Below the pieces are notes generated by a model. That model was given only the letters and a program-made list of their open reading frames with translations. It was not told where the DNA came from and made no database searches. Below are positions 11,762 through 20,877 of a stretch of DNA of 64,000 nucleotides, piece by piece. A program made the position numbers and the translations under genes. Origin of the DNA: Chlamydiales bacterium (GTDB taxonomy: Bacteria; Chlamydiota; Chlamydiia; Chlamydiales; JARBTQ01); NCBI GenBank assembly GCA_029240075.1, contig JARBTQ010000008.1, forward strand, positions 2,284 to 66,283, written 5' to 3'. The first letter of the stretch is position 1, and the number at the start of each line of letters is the position of its first letter.

Positions 11762-13294
11762 ATGAATAAGCTGCCCTTGTGGCTCTATTTTCTCATTGCT
11801 ACTGTGTCTCTAGCTAGCTGCGCTCCCCAGCCTAAAAATATCATGTTATTAGGACTGGATAGAAAGCTTACTCATACAGAAAAATTAGCCTTAGAAATAA
11901 GAAAAATTCCTTGTCAGGATAGCGAGTTCGTAACCCTTGCTCAAGCTATCTCCCTGGCTTTTAAGCAAAATTTAGAAGCTTCCGTTTATGAACAACAATG
12001 TGCTATACAGCGAGAGGCCTCTACAGGTAAAAGATTAGCCCAATTACCTTTTTTTGCTTTAAGTAATGGGGATAGTAGTCAGCCTAATTTATTTAATACC
12101 CAAAATACCCTTGAAAGATGCTCTTTGTATGAGATTGAAGAAATTTTAGACTTTAGTATTACTTATTTTCAAGCTCGTCAAATTACAGACCGGACACCTG
12201 CAGTTATACAACAATTCCTTAGAGCTAAGCAAAATCTTATATTTGAAACCTTTTCAAAATATTCGAAAGCTGCTCTGTATAAGCAAGTCTTAAATAAGTC
12301 TAAGCTCCTCTATGATAAAGCTGTCGATTTGCAGCAACAGGCTTCTGCGGATAAAACTTTTGATACGGAGCAACCCCTATTAAAAGAACGTCTACATCAA
12401 ATTAATTCATTAGTACAGAACTACCAAGCAAAATACGAAAAGGCCCTAAATAATTTAAAAGGGGTTTTAAATTGGGATGCTAAAGCTAATTTGGATATTG
12501 ATGAACAGATTATTTCACTAAAAAATCCCCTTTTATTGAATAGCGATATTGAACAACTAGAAGAGCTAGCTCTGCTCAATCAAGAGGAAGTGTATCCAGA
12601 CAATTCTAACTCAAAAACTAATCTCGCAGAAGTAAAACAATTATTCTCGAAAATACTCCCTCAATACGATCTCTTTAAAGATGAGCAAAAAGAAAATAAT
12701 CAAGTTAATCTCTATCAAAATTGGGTTTCTGCTGGAGCCCAAATAGCCGCAAACTTACTAGCCTTTCCTGACTTATCCCCTATCCATACGATTAATAGAC
12801 AAGATATAACACAACAGAGAACTAGACAAAAGATTTTGTCATTGGGCATCTTGACTCAGATCCACCTAAATCATTTCGAATATCTATGTAAACAGGCCAA
12901 ATTTCAGCACGATTATGAAATCTTAAGTATTAGACAAGAACTTGCTGATCGATTAGAGCAAAACAATCAAATAAAAAAAGGCGCTATAGCTGGTAAACTT
13001 GATGCCGCAATAGCACATTTATTAACTGAGTTAAAAACTTTGAAACAGTATATACAGCTACAACTCAGCTTACAAAAGATTTCCAATATTGTTGGACTTC
13101 CTATAGTAGCATTTACCACTGCAAAGCCTCAACCTTATCAGGAAGTATTAAGTTCTATTAAAGTTTTTCCATCATTGAATGAAAAATATTTCATAGGTAC
13201 TAAAAATTCTAACCAAAAGATGCTTGGTCAAAATTTTTCTGACAATTTTATAGCTCTTTTGAGTATAGAAGAAAATTTAAAGGGCTTTCCTTAA
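11762..13294 (+). CDS. TolC-like outer membrane factor lipoprotein
   Basis: 510 aa. Signal peptide with lipobox LASC (Cys20). Two OEP-like repeats beginning VTLAQAISLAFKQNLE and IEQLEELALLNQEEV. Long heptad-rich helices typical of outer membrane efflux proteins. Confidence 0.6.
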   Translation: MNKLPLWLYFLIATVSLASCAPQPKNIMLLGLDRKLTHTEKLALEIRKIPCQDSEFVTLAQAISLAFKQNLEASVYEQQCAIQREASTGKRLAQLPFFALSNGDSSQPNLFNTQNTLERCSLYEIEEILDFSITYFQARQITDRTPAVIQQFLRAKQNLIFETFSKYSKAALYKQVLNKSKLLYDKAVDLQQQASADKTFDTEQPLLKERLHQINSLVQNYQAKYEKALNNLKGVLNWDAKANLDIDEQIISLKNPLLLNSDIEQLEELALLNQEEVYPDNSNSKTNLAEVKQLFSKILPQYDLFKDEQKENNQVNLYQNWVSAGAQIAANLLAFPDLSPIHTINRQDITQQRTRQKILSLGILTQIHLNHFEYLCKQAKFQHDYEILSIRQELADRLEQNNQIKKGAIAGKLDAAIAHLLTELKTLKQYIQLQLSLQKISNIVGLPIVAFTTAKPQPYQEVLSSIKVFPSLNEKYFIGTKNSNQKMLGQNFSDNFIALLSIEENLKGFP

Positions 13295-13461
13295 AAGAAG
13301 TCCATTTTGAGCGTCAGATTTGTATAGAATAAATCGGCTCAGCGATAGGGAAAATAGATGTTAGGATGTAAAATTTTCTAGTCGTCAGATGCAAATTGCC
13401 GCTAGAACATGAAGACCAAATATTTTTTAATGTTATATAGCAAAACAGGGACATAGCTAAG

Positions 13462-16400
13462 ATGCAATACTCTTCACCCACTTGGATCCGATTCATACTT
13501 TCACTAGGCTTATTTACTAGCTGTACCTCCAAAGCTTTGGACGTAAGGAAAAATCGGATTGAAAACCTTCAAAAAGATTTGAACGAATTACATAAAAGAG
13601 ATACCGCTATAGCTCCCGAATATACGTTAGATCAATTGGTTGCTTTAGCCCTAAGTAGAAGTATTGATATTCTTTACCATGAGCAAGAGTACGAGATCCA
13701 AAAAGAGATCGCAACTAAAGCAAAATTAACACAACTGCCCTCCTTGACAGCCAGTTTTGATAGTAGTATGAGATCTCCCCCTATGCGCAGTACGGCAAGT
13801 TCTTTTGCTGCGGACGGAAAGACCCCTATCGAAAAGACAAGCGTTGAATATTCCCAGAGCACCCCAAAAGAAAATCAACAATTTTCCCTAGGTGCAGCTT
13901 GGAATGTGTTAGATTTTGGCTTAACTTATCTTAGAACTAGGCAGGAGCAAAACCAACTTCTAATCTTGCGGCAAAGACAATTAAGGTTAAGACAAAACCT
14001 AATATTAAATGTTACAGAATATTATTGGAAAGCCTCCGTATTCAAATACGCTCTACAAAAATCTACAGAGACTTTAGCTAAGACTAAAGAACTACAAAAA
14101 GCTATTAACAAACAAATACAAGCTAAAACTATTTCTGAAGTGGTGGGATTGCAAATTGAAGATCAAATTCTACAGATGCAAGCTCATGCACACCATTTTA
14201 AAGTCGAATATGAAAAAAACTTAACTGTCCTCATCTCCCACTTACAACTTCCGCCTGGCACAGACCTCAACATTAAAGGATTTGATAAGTTTCCTGAGCT
14301 AAAAGGGAGACTTGATATTGATGTAGCTAATTTAGAAGAGCAGGCTTTACTTAATAGACCTGAGTTATTTGAACAAGATATCAAGCAAGTGATCGATATT
14401 GATGAGACTAAACAATCTCTTTTAAGAATGTTTCCCAATGTCAGCTTATTTGCAGATCTTAATTATAGCAAAAATAAATATCTGCTTCATCATGCTTGGT
14501 TGGATCTAGGCGCGAAAACAGCTTGGAATCTCTTATCCCTTCCTCAACAGCTTCATAATTTCCGTTCCAATAAATTGGGAGAAGACTTAACTAAACAAGC
14601 ACGCCTCTCGCTGTCCATGGGGGTTTTGTCACAATTGCGTTTAGCCTACCTCCTCTATGATGAAGCGATCTCCACATTTGAAATCACACAGCGTTTATTC
14701 CAAGTTAAGCAAAGAAGATTAGCTGCGGCACAGAAGAGCTTTGCTGAAGGGCAAACCTACGAAATGGAAATTATTGAATTACAGGCGGAAACTCTCTTTG
14801 CCGAAATCAATAGCCTTAATAATTTTGCTGAAGCACAAATTGGGTTAGAGAAAATAGCCAATACAGTTGGTATTCCCATGCTCTTTAGTGATATCAATGT
14901 GAGCAAAATTGCTGAACGCTTGAGTTACGGTAAGCCTACTCCAGTTCTGCTTACTAATACTTGGTTGCAATGGGAAAATCCTAAACAAAACTTTAAAAAA
15001 TACCCTAAAAATAAAATATTTTCACGCCAAAGAAATGCGCTTAATTACGAAAATCATATGCGTGGAGTTGTAAGTCAAGAGATTCAGGAGCACTCTAAAA
15101 TCACCCCATTTAATCAACAATTTGACTCTAAAGAGATCTCTTTTTTCCAAGCAAAACCTGCTGATGGCAACGTTATAGATAAAGAGGATGAACAAACGCC
15201 CCCTAATGAAACTCAGAACCAAATTGACTCTAATATCGATTGTAATACTGGAGCAGAAACTTCATGTGAAAATACTGCAATAGCTAAGGCTGAGCCTCAA
15301 ATTACTGGTAATGTTATTGGAGCTATTTTTGCAGAAAACTCACCCACGACAGAACTCAATTTACAAATTCCTCTCTCTGAAGCAATAAATCAGGAGCAAA
15401 ATGATCTCATTGAAAATGAAAAAGAAATCACTAATTCTGTTTTATACGAACATCTAGTAATTATTGAACCACAGGAAGAGTCAAACCAACTTATAGATAT
15501 AGTTGAGGCAAAGGATTGCTGCGAAGATGAAAAACAAGTACCTAGTAAGAAGCCCGAGGGAAGTGGTCAACCAACAGCAATTGAAGCTAGTGTCAATGAG
15601 ACCATGATAGTAGAAGTTGCATTAGTAGATGTAATTAGTCCTATGAACGACAACGTCACTGATTTAACAGACCTATTAACGCAAGCTGTAGAAGAAGAAA
15701 AACAAGAAGATCTACCCATTCAGACTTCTGTAGAGAACGCAACTCTTTTTATAGAGGCAGAACCTATTGCCTATACTCCGGTTGACAACTCTTTACCTAG
15801 CTTAAATCAATCAACTACCATTCATAATAATGAATCTTCAACATCTCAAAGTCATTTTTCTCCTACAGAATCTTTAAAAGAGGTTGAACAAACTGTTGAA
15901 ATTGATGTTAAAAAGAAAAGTGTTGAAGATCTTCCTTATGATGTAAAAGAACACACACTAGAAGGATTAGATCAATCCACCTCCACTCATTATCCTCTTA
16001 AAATAGATGGATCAGAAACAGATTGGAATGCGGATACCCCTTTTGAGGAAGATTATAAAGAAGATGAAGAATTTAGCTCTTCCAAAGAAACTTCAGCTAT
16101 AGAGTCTGGGGAGGAAACTCAAAGTAAGTCCTATCAATCAGAAGATCAACAGGAAAGTGCACTTTTAGACTTACCAGAATCGATCAAACAAGTTCCTGTC
16201 GAACCACAATTAGTAGAGCAGGAACTTCGTCCGTATATTTTCAATATAGCGGAGCAACCTAATACTAGTAATGAAAACGAAAAAATTGAACAAACCAGAG
16301 AAGACAAAGATCCTCAACTCTCTTATGAATTAGTAGGTGAGGCAACTACTGATACTATAGCTTCTACGGAGGTTGATCTTAAGGAAAGCTATAGAGAAAA

Positions 16401-16623
16401 AGACAGTCCCTGTTTGACTCCCCAAATGGCAGCCACTGTCGAAGAAAAACAAGAACCCTCAGCTCTTAAAACAATCGAACTTGGGGCTAATACTGAAGAC
16501 AGCGTTGAACTACCAGAAGAACACCAAATTGAAATTGAAGTGCTGGAAGATCAAGCTAGTGAAAATGCTACAGAAAGTCAAAAAGATTATAATTCTAAGG
16601 CTATCCATGAAACAAATGCATAA
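13462..16623 (+). CDS. TolC-like outer membrane factor lipoprotein fused to a ~570-aa acidic low-complexity C-terminal extension
   Basis: 1053 aa. Lipobox LFTSC (Cys21). The OEP-like halves begin YTLDQLVALALSRSIDIL and ANLEEQALLNRPELF and end near ...EKIANTVGIPMLF (about nt 14890). The remainder is E/Q/T/S/D/N-rich and non-repetitive. Confidence 0.6.
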   Translation: MQYSSPTWIRFILSLGLFTSCTSKALDVRKNRIENLQKDLNELHKRDTAIAPEYTLDQLVALALSRSIDILYHEQEYEIQKEIATKAKLTQLPSLTASFDSSMRSPPMRSTASSFAADGKTPIEKTSVEYSQSTPKENQQFSLGAAWNVLDFGLTYLRTRQEQNQLLILRQRQLRLRQNLILNVTEYYWKASVFKYALQKSTETLAKTKELQKAINKQIQAKTISEVVGLQIEDQILQMQAHAHHFKVEYEKNLTVLISHLQLPPGTDLNIKGFDKFPELKGRLDIDVANLEEQALLNRPELFEQDIKQVIDIDETKQSLLRMFPNVSLFADLNYSKNKYLLHHAWLDLGAKTAWNLLSLPQQLHNFRSNKLGEDLTKQARLSLSMGVLSQLRLAYLLYDEAISTFEITQRLFQVKQRRLAAAQKSFAEGQTYEMEIIELQAETLFAEINSLNNFAEAQIGLEKIANTVGIPMLFSDINVSKIAERLSYGKPTPVLLTNTWLQWENPKQNFKKYPKNKIFSRQRNALNYENHMRGVVSQEIQEHSKITPFNQQFDSKEISFFQAKPADGNVIDKEDEQTPPNETQNQIDSNIDCNTGAETSCENTAIAKAEPQITGNVIGAIFAENSPTTELNLQIPLSEAINQEQNDLIENEKEITNSVLYEHLVIIEPQEESNQLIDIVEAKDCCEDEKQVPSKKPEGSGQPTAIEASVNETMIVEVALVDVISPMNDNVTDLTDLLTQAVEEEKQEDLPIQTSVENATLFIEAEPIAYTPVDNSLPSLNQSTTIHNNESSTSQSHFSPTESLKEVEQTVEIDVKKKSVEDLPYDVKEHTLEGLDQSTSTHYPLKIDGSETDWNADTPFEEDYKEDEEFSSSKETSAIESGEETQSKSYQSEDQQESALLDLPESIKQVPVEPQLVEQELRPYIFNIAEQPNTSNENEKIEQTREDKDPQLSYELVGEATTDTIASTEVDLKESYREKDSPCLTPQMAATVEEKQEPSALKTIELGANTEDSVELPEEHQIEIEVLEDQASENATESQKDYNSKAIHETNA

Positions 16624-16657
16624 AGATCAGCTTTACAAATTTTCAGGTGATGAAAGG

Positions 16658-17566
16658 ATGCAAATGGAGTATTTTCATCCTTTTCACCGGGCAGGATTTT
16701 TACAAATCTCATTTTGGCAAGATTTATTAAATTTCAAATTGTCAAAAGTTTATAGATTTTTACTCAACATAGGACTACCCGTTGTACCTTTAGCCCTCTT
16801 GTGCTACATGACCCCTTGCATTGCCCTAGAAAATACTATACCTTCTAGTCCTGTTGCATCGTTGATTGAAAAACCCGCTAAAGAACACTCTTTTCGAGTG
16901 GTCTTAACACCACTGCATACAACAACAGTTCGTACAAAAGTACCTTCTAAAGTAGTTTATATTCATAAACAGATGGGAGAAAGCTTTGAAAAAGATGAGG
17001 TACTTGTTCAACTGGAAGACACTTTGTTTATTGCAGAAAAGAATAGAGCTCAAGCCATATTTGAAAAATTTAAATCAGTTTTAAATGCAAAACAAGAGCT
17101 TTACCGCTCTAGTATTGCGTCTCTTTCTGACCTGAAAGAAGCTGAAGCTTCTCTAGTCTCCTCTGAAAGAGATCTTATAGCTGCTATGGATGCCCTAGAT
17201 AGCTGCAAATTTAAAGCTCCTTATATAGGTTCTATATCTGCAGTCCATATTAAAGAATTTGAATTAGTACAACCAGGCGACCCAATTGTCGAATTAGTGG
17301 ATGATCATATTCTCTTAGCTAAATTTCTTCTTCCTTCTCACTATTTCAATCAGGTCAAGAAAGGGCAAAAGATCGAAATTAGTGTACAAGAAACTTTTAC
17401 TAAAGAGATTGGTACAGTGACTCAAATAGATGCTGTTATTGATCCTGCTAGCTCTGTCTTTAGAGTGTATGCCGAAATTGATAATTCTGATAAGCATCTC
17501 ATGTCTGGCATGAGAGCAGATATTATACTTAAGCCAGCCCCTTCTAACCTAGCGTCATCGCGTTAA
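16658..17566 (+). CDS. HlyD-family periplasmic adaptor (membrane fusion protein), short form
   Basis: One N-terminal TM (FLLNIGLPVVPLALLCYMTPCIAL). Lipoyl-like hairpin halves VRTKVPSKVVYIHKQMGESFEKDEVLVQLED and FKAPYIGSISAVHIKEFELVQPGDPIVELVDD, followed by a beta-barrel segment. The track ORF start at 16481 overlaps the upstream gene. The ATG at 16658/16664 (AGGA upstream) is more plausible. Confidence 0.6.
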   Translation: MQMEYFHPFHRAGFLQISFWQDLLNFKLSKVYRFLLNIGLPVVPLALLCYMTPCIALENTIPSSPVASLIEKPAKEHSFRVVLTPLHTTTVRTKVPSKVVYIHKQMGESFEKDEVLVQLEDTLFIAEKNRAQAIFEKFKSVLNAKQELYRSSIASLSDLKEAEASLVSSERDLIAAMDALDSCKFKAPYIGSISAVHIKEFELVQPGDPIVELVDDHILLAKFLLPSHYFNQVKKGQKIEISVQETFTKEIGTVTQIDAVIDPASSVFRVYAEIDNSDKHLMSGMRADIILKPAPSNLASSR

Positions 17567-17581
17567 ATTTATGAGAGCTTT

Positions 17582-18928
17582 ATGATTACGGCAAATTCAG
17601 ATAAGGTCTCTGCAGTTCAACTATTAGCAATTATCAATCAACTCAGTTTGCAAGCATACCGTTCGCAATCTCTAGAAGCGTTAATATTTCAAATTGTTAA
17701 TGATACATACCATGCGATTAGTTATAACCGCGCTATGCTTTGGAAATATGAGGATAAGCAATTCGTTCTTTTAGGAATTTCTGGCCAAACACAAATTAGT
17801 AAAAAAAGCCCTTTAATTGATCAAACTCAGCTTTTAATGAGTCATCTTAAAGAGTTAGAAAAACCACAAATTTTGTCTAAGGACTCTTTTAAAGAACAGG
17901 TGCATACTATATGGCATAAGCTTTCAGCAGATTCCCTACAACCAGAGATTTGTTGGTTTCCCATTATTCAAGACAAGCAGCTTATAGGAGGCCTCTGGCT
18001 AGAACGGTGGCATAAAGAAGAGTGGTTGAACTACGAATTAGAAATGCTAGGCTTTATTACTGCAGCCTATGCAGCTGCTTGGGATAAGTACAGAAATAAA
18101 TTTAACTGGAAGAAAGTCTTTCGTTTCTGGGGTTTCTATTTAGGCATAATGTTACTCGGATCTTTTATAATTCATGTCCCTTTGCGCATAGTAGCTCCAT
18201 GCGAGGTAGTTTCCAAAGACCCAGTTGCAATTAGCGCGACTTTGGATGGAACTATTGCTCAACTTGAAGTGAAGCCAGGACAATTGGTTAAAAAAGGTGA
18301 CCTACTTTATAGCTACAATCCAGAAATTCCTCTTCAAAATTTAAAATCCTTTCGCAAACAGGTAGAGGTTAGCCAAGCAGAGCTTGATCGTGCAGTCTCT
18401 TTAGCTTTTACTCACAATCGAGGTCTAGCTGAAATCGAAGAACTTTCACTACGCTTGAGAAAAGAAAAGATCGCTTTAGAAACTGCTGAATATCAAGCTA
18501 AGCATTTGCAAGGATTTGCCCCTAAAGATGGTATTGTTATGTTGGATGACCCTGAAAAATGGCGCGGTAGTCCTGTGACTATTGGGGAAAAGATTCTTCA
18601 AATTGCAGACCCATCTGAGACTAAAGTACGTATGTGGATACCTGAGAGCGATAATATCGTACTTAACCAAAATAAGCCTATCAAAGTTTTTTTAAATGTA
18701 AGCCCTAATCGTAGCTTTACAGCTCAATTAAAATACATTGCCAGCTATACCCATGTAAATGATAAGGGAATGCCTTGCTTTACCTCCGAAGCAAATTGGA
18801 TCGAAGAAGAGGAAAATTTAAAATTAGGACTTAAAGGAAGCGCTATCCTATATGGGGAAGATGTCTCCCTTTTTTACTGGCTTGTACGCCGCCCTTGGAC
18901 AGCACTGCGCAACTTCATAGGATTTTAA
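17582..18928 (+). CDS. HlyD-family adaptor with an N-terminal cytoplasmic GAF-like domain
   Basis: 448 aa. Residues 1-175 are soluble and GAF-like (NRAMLWKYEDKQFVLLGISG ... KQLIGGLWLERW). TM segment VFRFWGFYLGIMLLGSFIIHVPL. The HlyD signature follows: ISATLDGTIAQLEVKPGQLVKKGDLLYSY, a coiled coil, then FAPKDGIVML. Confidence 0.6.
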   Translation: MITANSDKVSAVQLLAIINQLSLQAYRSQSLEALIFQIVNDTYHAISYNRAMLWKYEDKQFVLLGISGQTQISKKSPLIDQTQLLMSHLKELEKPQILSKDSFKEQVHTIWHKLSADSLQPEICWFPIIQDKQLIGGLWLERWHKEEWLNYELEMLGFITAAYAAAWDKYRNKFNWKKVFRFWGFYLGIMLLGSFIIHVPLRIVAPCEVVSKDPVAISATLDGTIAQLEVKPGQLVKKGDLLYSYNPEIPLQNLKSFRKQVEVSQAELDRAVSLAFTHNRGLAEIEELSLRLRKEKIALETAEYQAKHLQGFAPKDGIVMLDDPEKWRGSPVTIGEKILQIADPSETKVRMWIPESDNIVLNQNKPIKVFLNVSPNRSFTAQLKYIASYTHVNDKGMPCFTSEANWIEEEENLKLGLKGSAILYGEDVSLFYWLVRRPWTALRNFIGF

Positions 18929-18938
18929 TCAATTCATG

Positions 18939-18977
18939 ATAAGCCTATTTTTTAGTCTATAGATAGGCTTATTTTTC
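18939..18977 (+). terminator. Rho-independent terminator closing the OMF/MFP operon
   Basis: ATAAGCCTAT - 14 nt loop - ATAGGCTTAT followed by TTTTT, 11 nt after the stop of the 17582-18928 gene. Confidence 0.55.
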
Positions 18978-19232
18978 TGCGATAAAGTATACATTTTCGC
19001 TTGCATCTATTTCCCCAGATTTTTCAGATGGAAAATATCCCCCCTCAATCTTTTCAAATTTTGCCAGCTTGAGTGCATTGCCTAAAATCTTGTAATCGAG
19101 TAGATGCACGGAGTTAGGGAAATGTTCGCGCATACTTGGAATATAGTCCCATACGTTATTTATATAACCTGCCCAGTCGCTTCCAGCTCTCTTTTGCTCC
19201 TCTATTCTATTTAATTTAAGGTTGGGACCTTC
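18969..19232 (-). pseudogene. possible C-terminal gene remnant (methyltransferase-like tail)
   Basis: Hand translation of the minus strand gives an 87-codon open frame with no upstream start: ...EEQKRAGSDWAGYINNVWDYIPSMREHFPNSVHLLDYKILGNALKLAKFEKIEGGYFPSEKSGEIDASENVYFIAEK*. The only Met leaves 54 aa. The ending resembles C-termini of class I methyltransferases. Confidence 0.3.
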
Positions 19233-19390
19233 TTAAAGTTTTTCTCACAGCCCATCTTGCGACCTCACAAACGATTCAATGTGCATAAAATACATATCAT
19301 AAATAAAACTAGAATTTTAACAATGTTATACTATAATAAAAAACTGCTTTTAAATTCTACATTTCTAAAGTTATATATAAGGAAGTTTTT

Positions 19391-20626
19391 ATGACAATTA
19401 ATTGGGGTTCATCTAAAATCTGTGAACTTGATATCAACGATGAACGTTTGCAAGTTGAACAAGAAAATTTACAAGTTACAATTTCAACTATAAAGCAAGC
19501 TCTAAATCTAATAGAAAGCCAGATGGATAGCAAATTTGCTACATATGAAAGGCCTCCTAGAAACTACCATGAATTTTTTAAGTACCTTTTAAAAGCGAAA
19601 GAGGGCTTTAATACTAAGCAGTTTTCAGCTAGTAGAATAACTATCAAAGAATCTATAACTGCTATAGTCTCTGAAGTAGTCAATACATTTTTTAAATCCC
19701 CACAATCTATTGTGGAGTTAGGCTCTGGGGCGTTAGACCTACAAGGTAATTCATGGCTAATGCAACATATGCCTAGCACAATACAAGACCATGTGGAACC
19801 TACAGAAGCTAATAACTACTTTGTTAATTTAAGGAATACTAAAAAACAATCATTAAGGCTTTTGGATGGATCTGAGGTAAGCAAGCATTATAGTGATAAC
19901 TCTTTGAATGGCATTGTTTCTTCTTCTTTCCTAGATACCTTGGATGAAGAAGACCTTCTTGCAACTTTAGGTCAATCCTACAAAACTTTGAAAGAGAGAG
20001 GGACATTCATCCATTTCGCAGCTCTAGAGCCTTACATTGATACCTTTTTATCTGCTCATTGCACTGAAAGCATAATCTACTTTCCTTCCATGATTAATAA
20101 TGATTTTAGCTTTACGCAATTACAAGTTATTAATAGAAAGTGCTATTTAGAGTACCTTAACCAACTTGGGCAGCAAAATATTGAAATTCTAGGATTAGAT
20201 TTTTTAAAAGAATTTGGCAATCTCTCACCTATCTATCTAGATACAGTATGGCAAATGCTAAGGACCGATCCTCGAATTGGTCGAAAGCAAAGAGAATTTA
20301 CTACATCATACCTTGCAAGATCGATGAAAGCTTTGAATCCTCCCGGTCTTACCATTGTTGATAATAATGACTTCTTTGAAAAGAGAGTACATAAAGGTTT
20401 GGAGGATACTGGTTTTAATATCCTTGAATTTGGTTACCGTGAAATATCGCAGTTCACTCAAAGGCGTAAAGATTTACCTAAAAAATATGAGGGTTATAAT
20501 CATTTTTATTCAGACCATGGCAAATTTACCTATAAATTTGTAGCCCCAATTGCTCCTAACCTAGTTTACCAATATGTCAAAATGCACATTATCATAGCAA
20601 AGAAGCCTTCTGCTAGTAAGTTTTAA
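19391..20626 (+). CDS. hypothetical protein with class I SAM-methyltransferase-like core
   Basis: 411 aa. Motif I-like IVELGSGALD, motif II-like LRLLDGSE, SLNGIVSSSFLDTL and post-III LKERGTFIHF. Ending ...VKMHIIIAKKPS. N-terminal ~100 aa is coiled-coil-like. Assigned by eye only. Confidence 0.5.
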   Translation: MTINWGSSKICELDINDERLQVEQENLQVTISTIKQALNLIESQMDSKFATYERPPRNYHEFFKYLLKAKEGFNTKQFSASRITIKESITAIVSEVVNTFFKSPQSIVELGSGALDLQGNSWLMQHMPSTIQDHVEPTEANNYFVNLRNTKKQSLRLLDGSEVSKHYSDNSLNGIVSSSFLDTLDEEDLLATLGQSYKTLKERGTFIHFAALEPYIDTFLSAHCTESIIYFPSMINNDFSFTQLQVINRKCYLEYLNQLGQQNIEILGLDFLKEFGNLSPIYLDTVWQMLRTDPRIGRKQREFTTSYLARSMKALNPPGLTIVDNNDFFEKRVHKGLEDTGFNILEFGYREISQFTQRRKDLPKKYEGYNHFYSDHGKFTYKFVAPIAPNLVYQYVKMHIIIAKKPSASKF

Positions 20627-20877
20627 ACAAAAAAGTTTAACAGAAGCTACAAAGGCCAGCCTAATAATCCTTATTAGGCTTCTAGAATGCTCTAATCTAT
20701 CTAATTTTATAAAAAATAAAATGTTCTATTGTCTCAAATTACACTTAAATTATTCTATTGCTTTAATAAAATCGTTTTAATATGATTTAAGGGTTCATAT
20801 ATTCTTGAATTACTTCTTAAAATATAAAAATTTAATCTTTAAAAAAATAACCTTCATAAACTCCTTTAGGAATTAAT

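Noticed and set aside
13314-15222. Minus-strand ORFs 13314-13532, 13674-13862, 14184-14438 and 15022-15222.
   Set aside because: They are antisense to, or straddle the start of, the TolC-like gene. They are low complexity with no start context.
16481-16657. N-terminal 59 codons of the track ORF 16481-17566.
   Set aside because: This part overlaps the last 143 nt of the upstream 1053-aa gene in another frame and is K/L/I-rich. A start at 16658/16664, after the upstream stop and with AGGA upstream, is more plausible.
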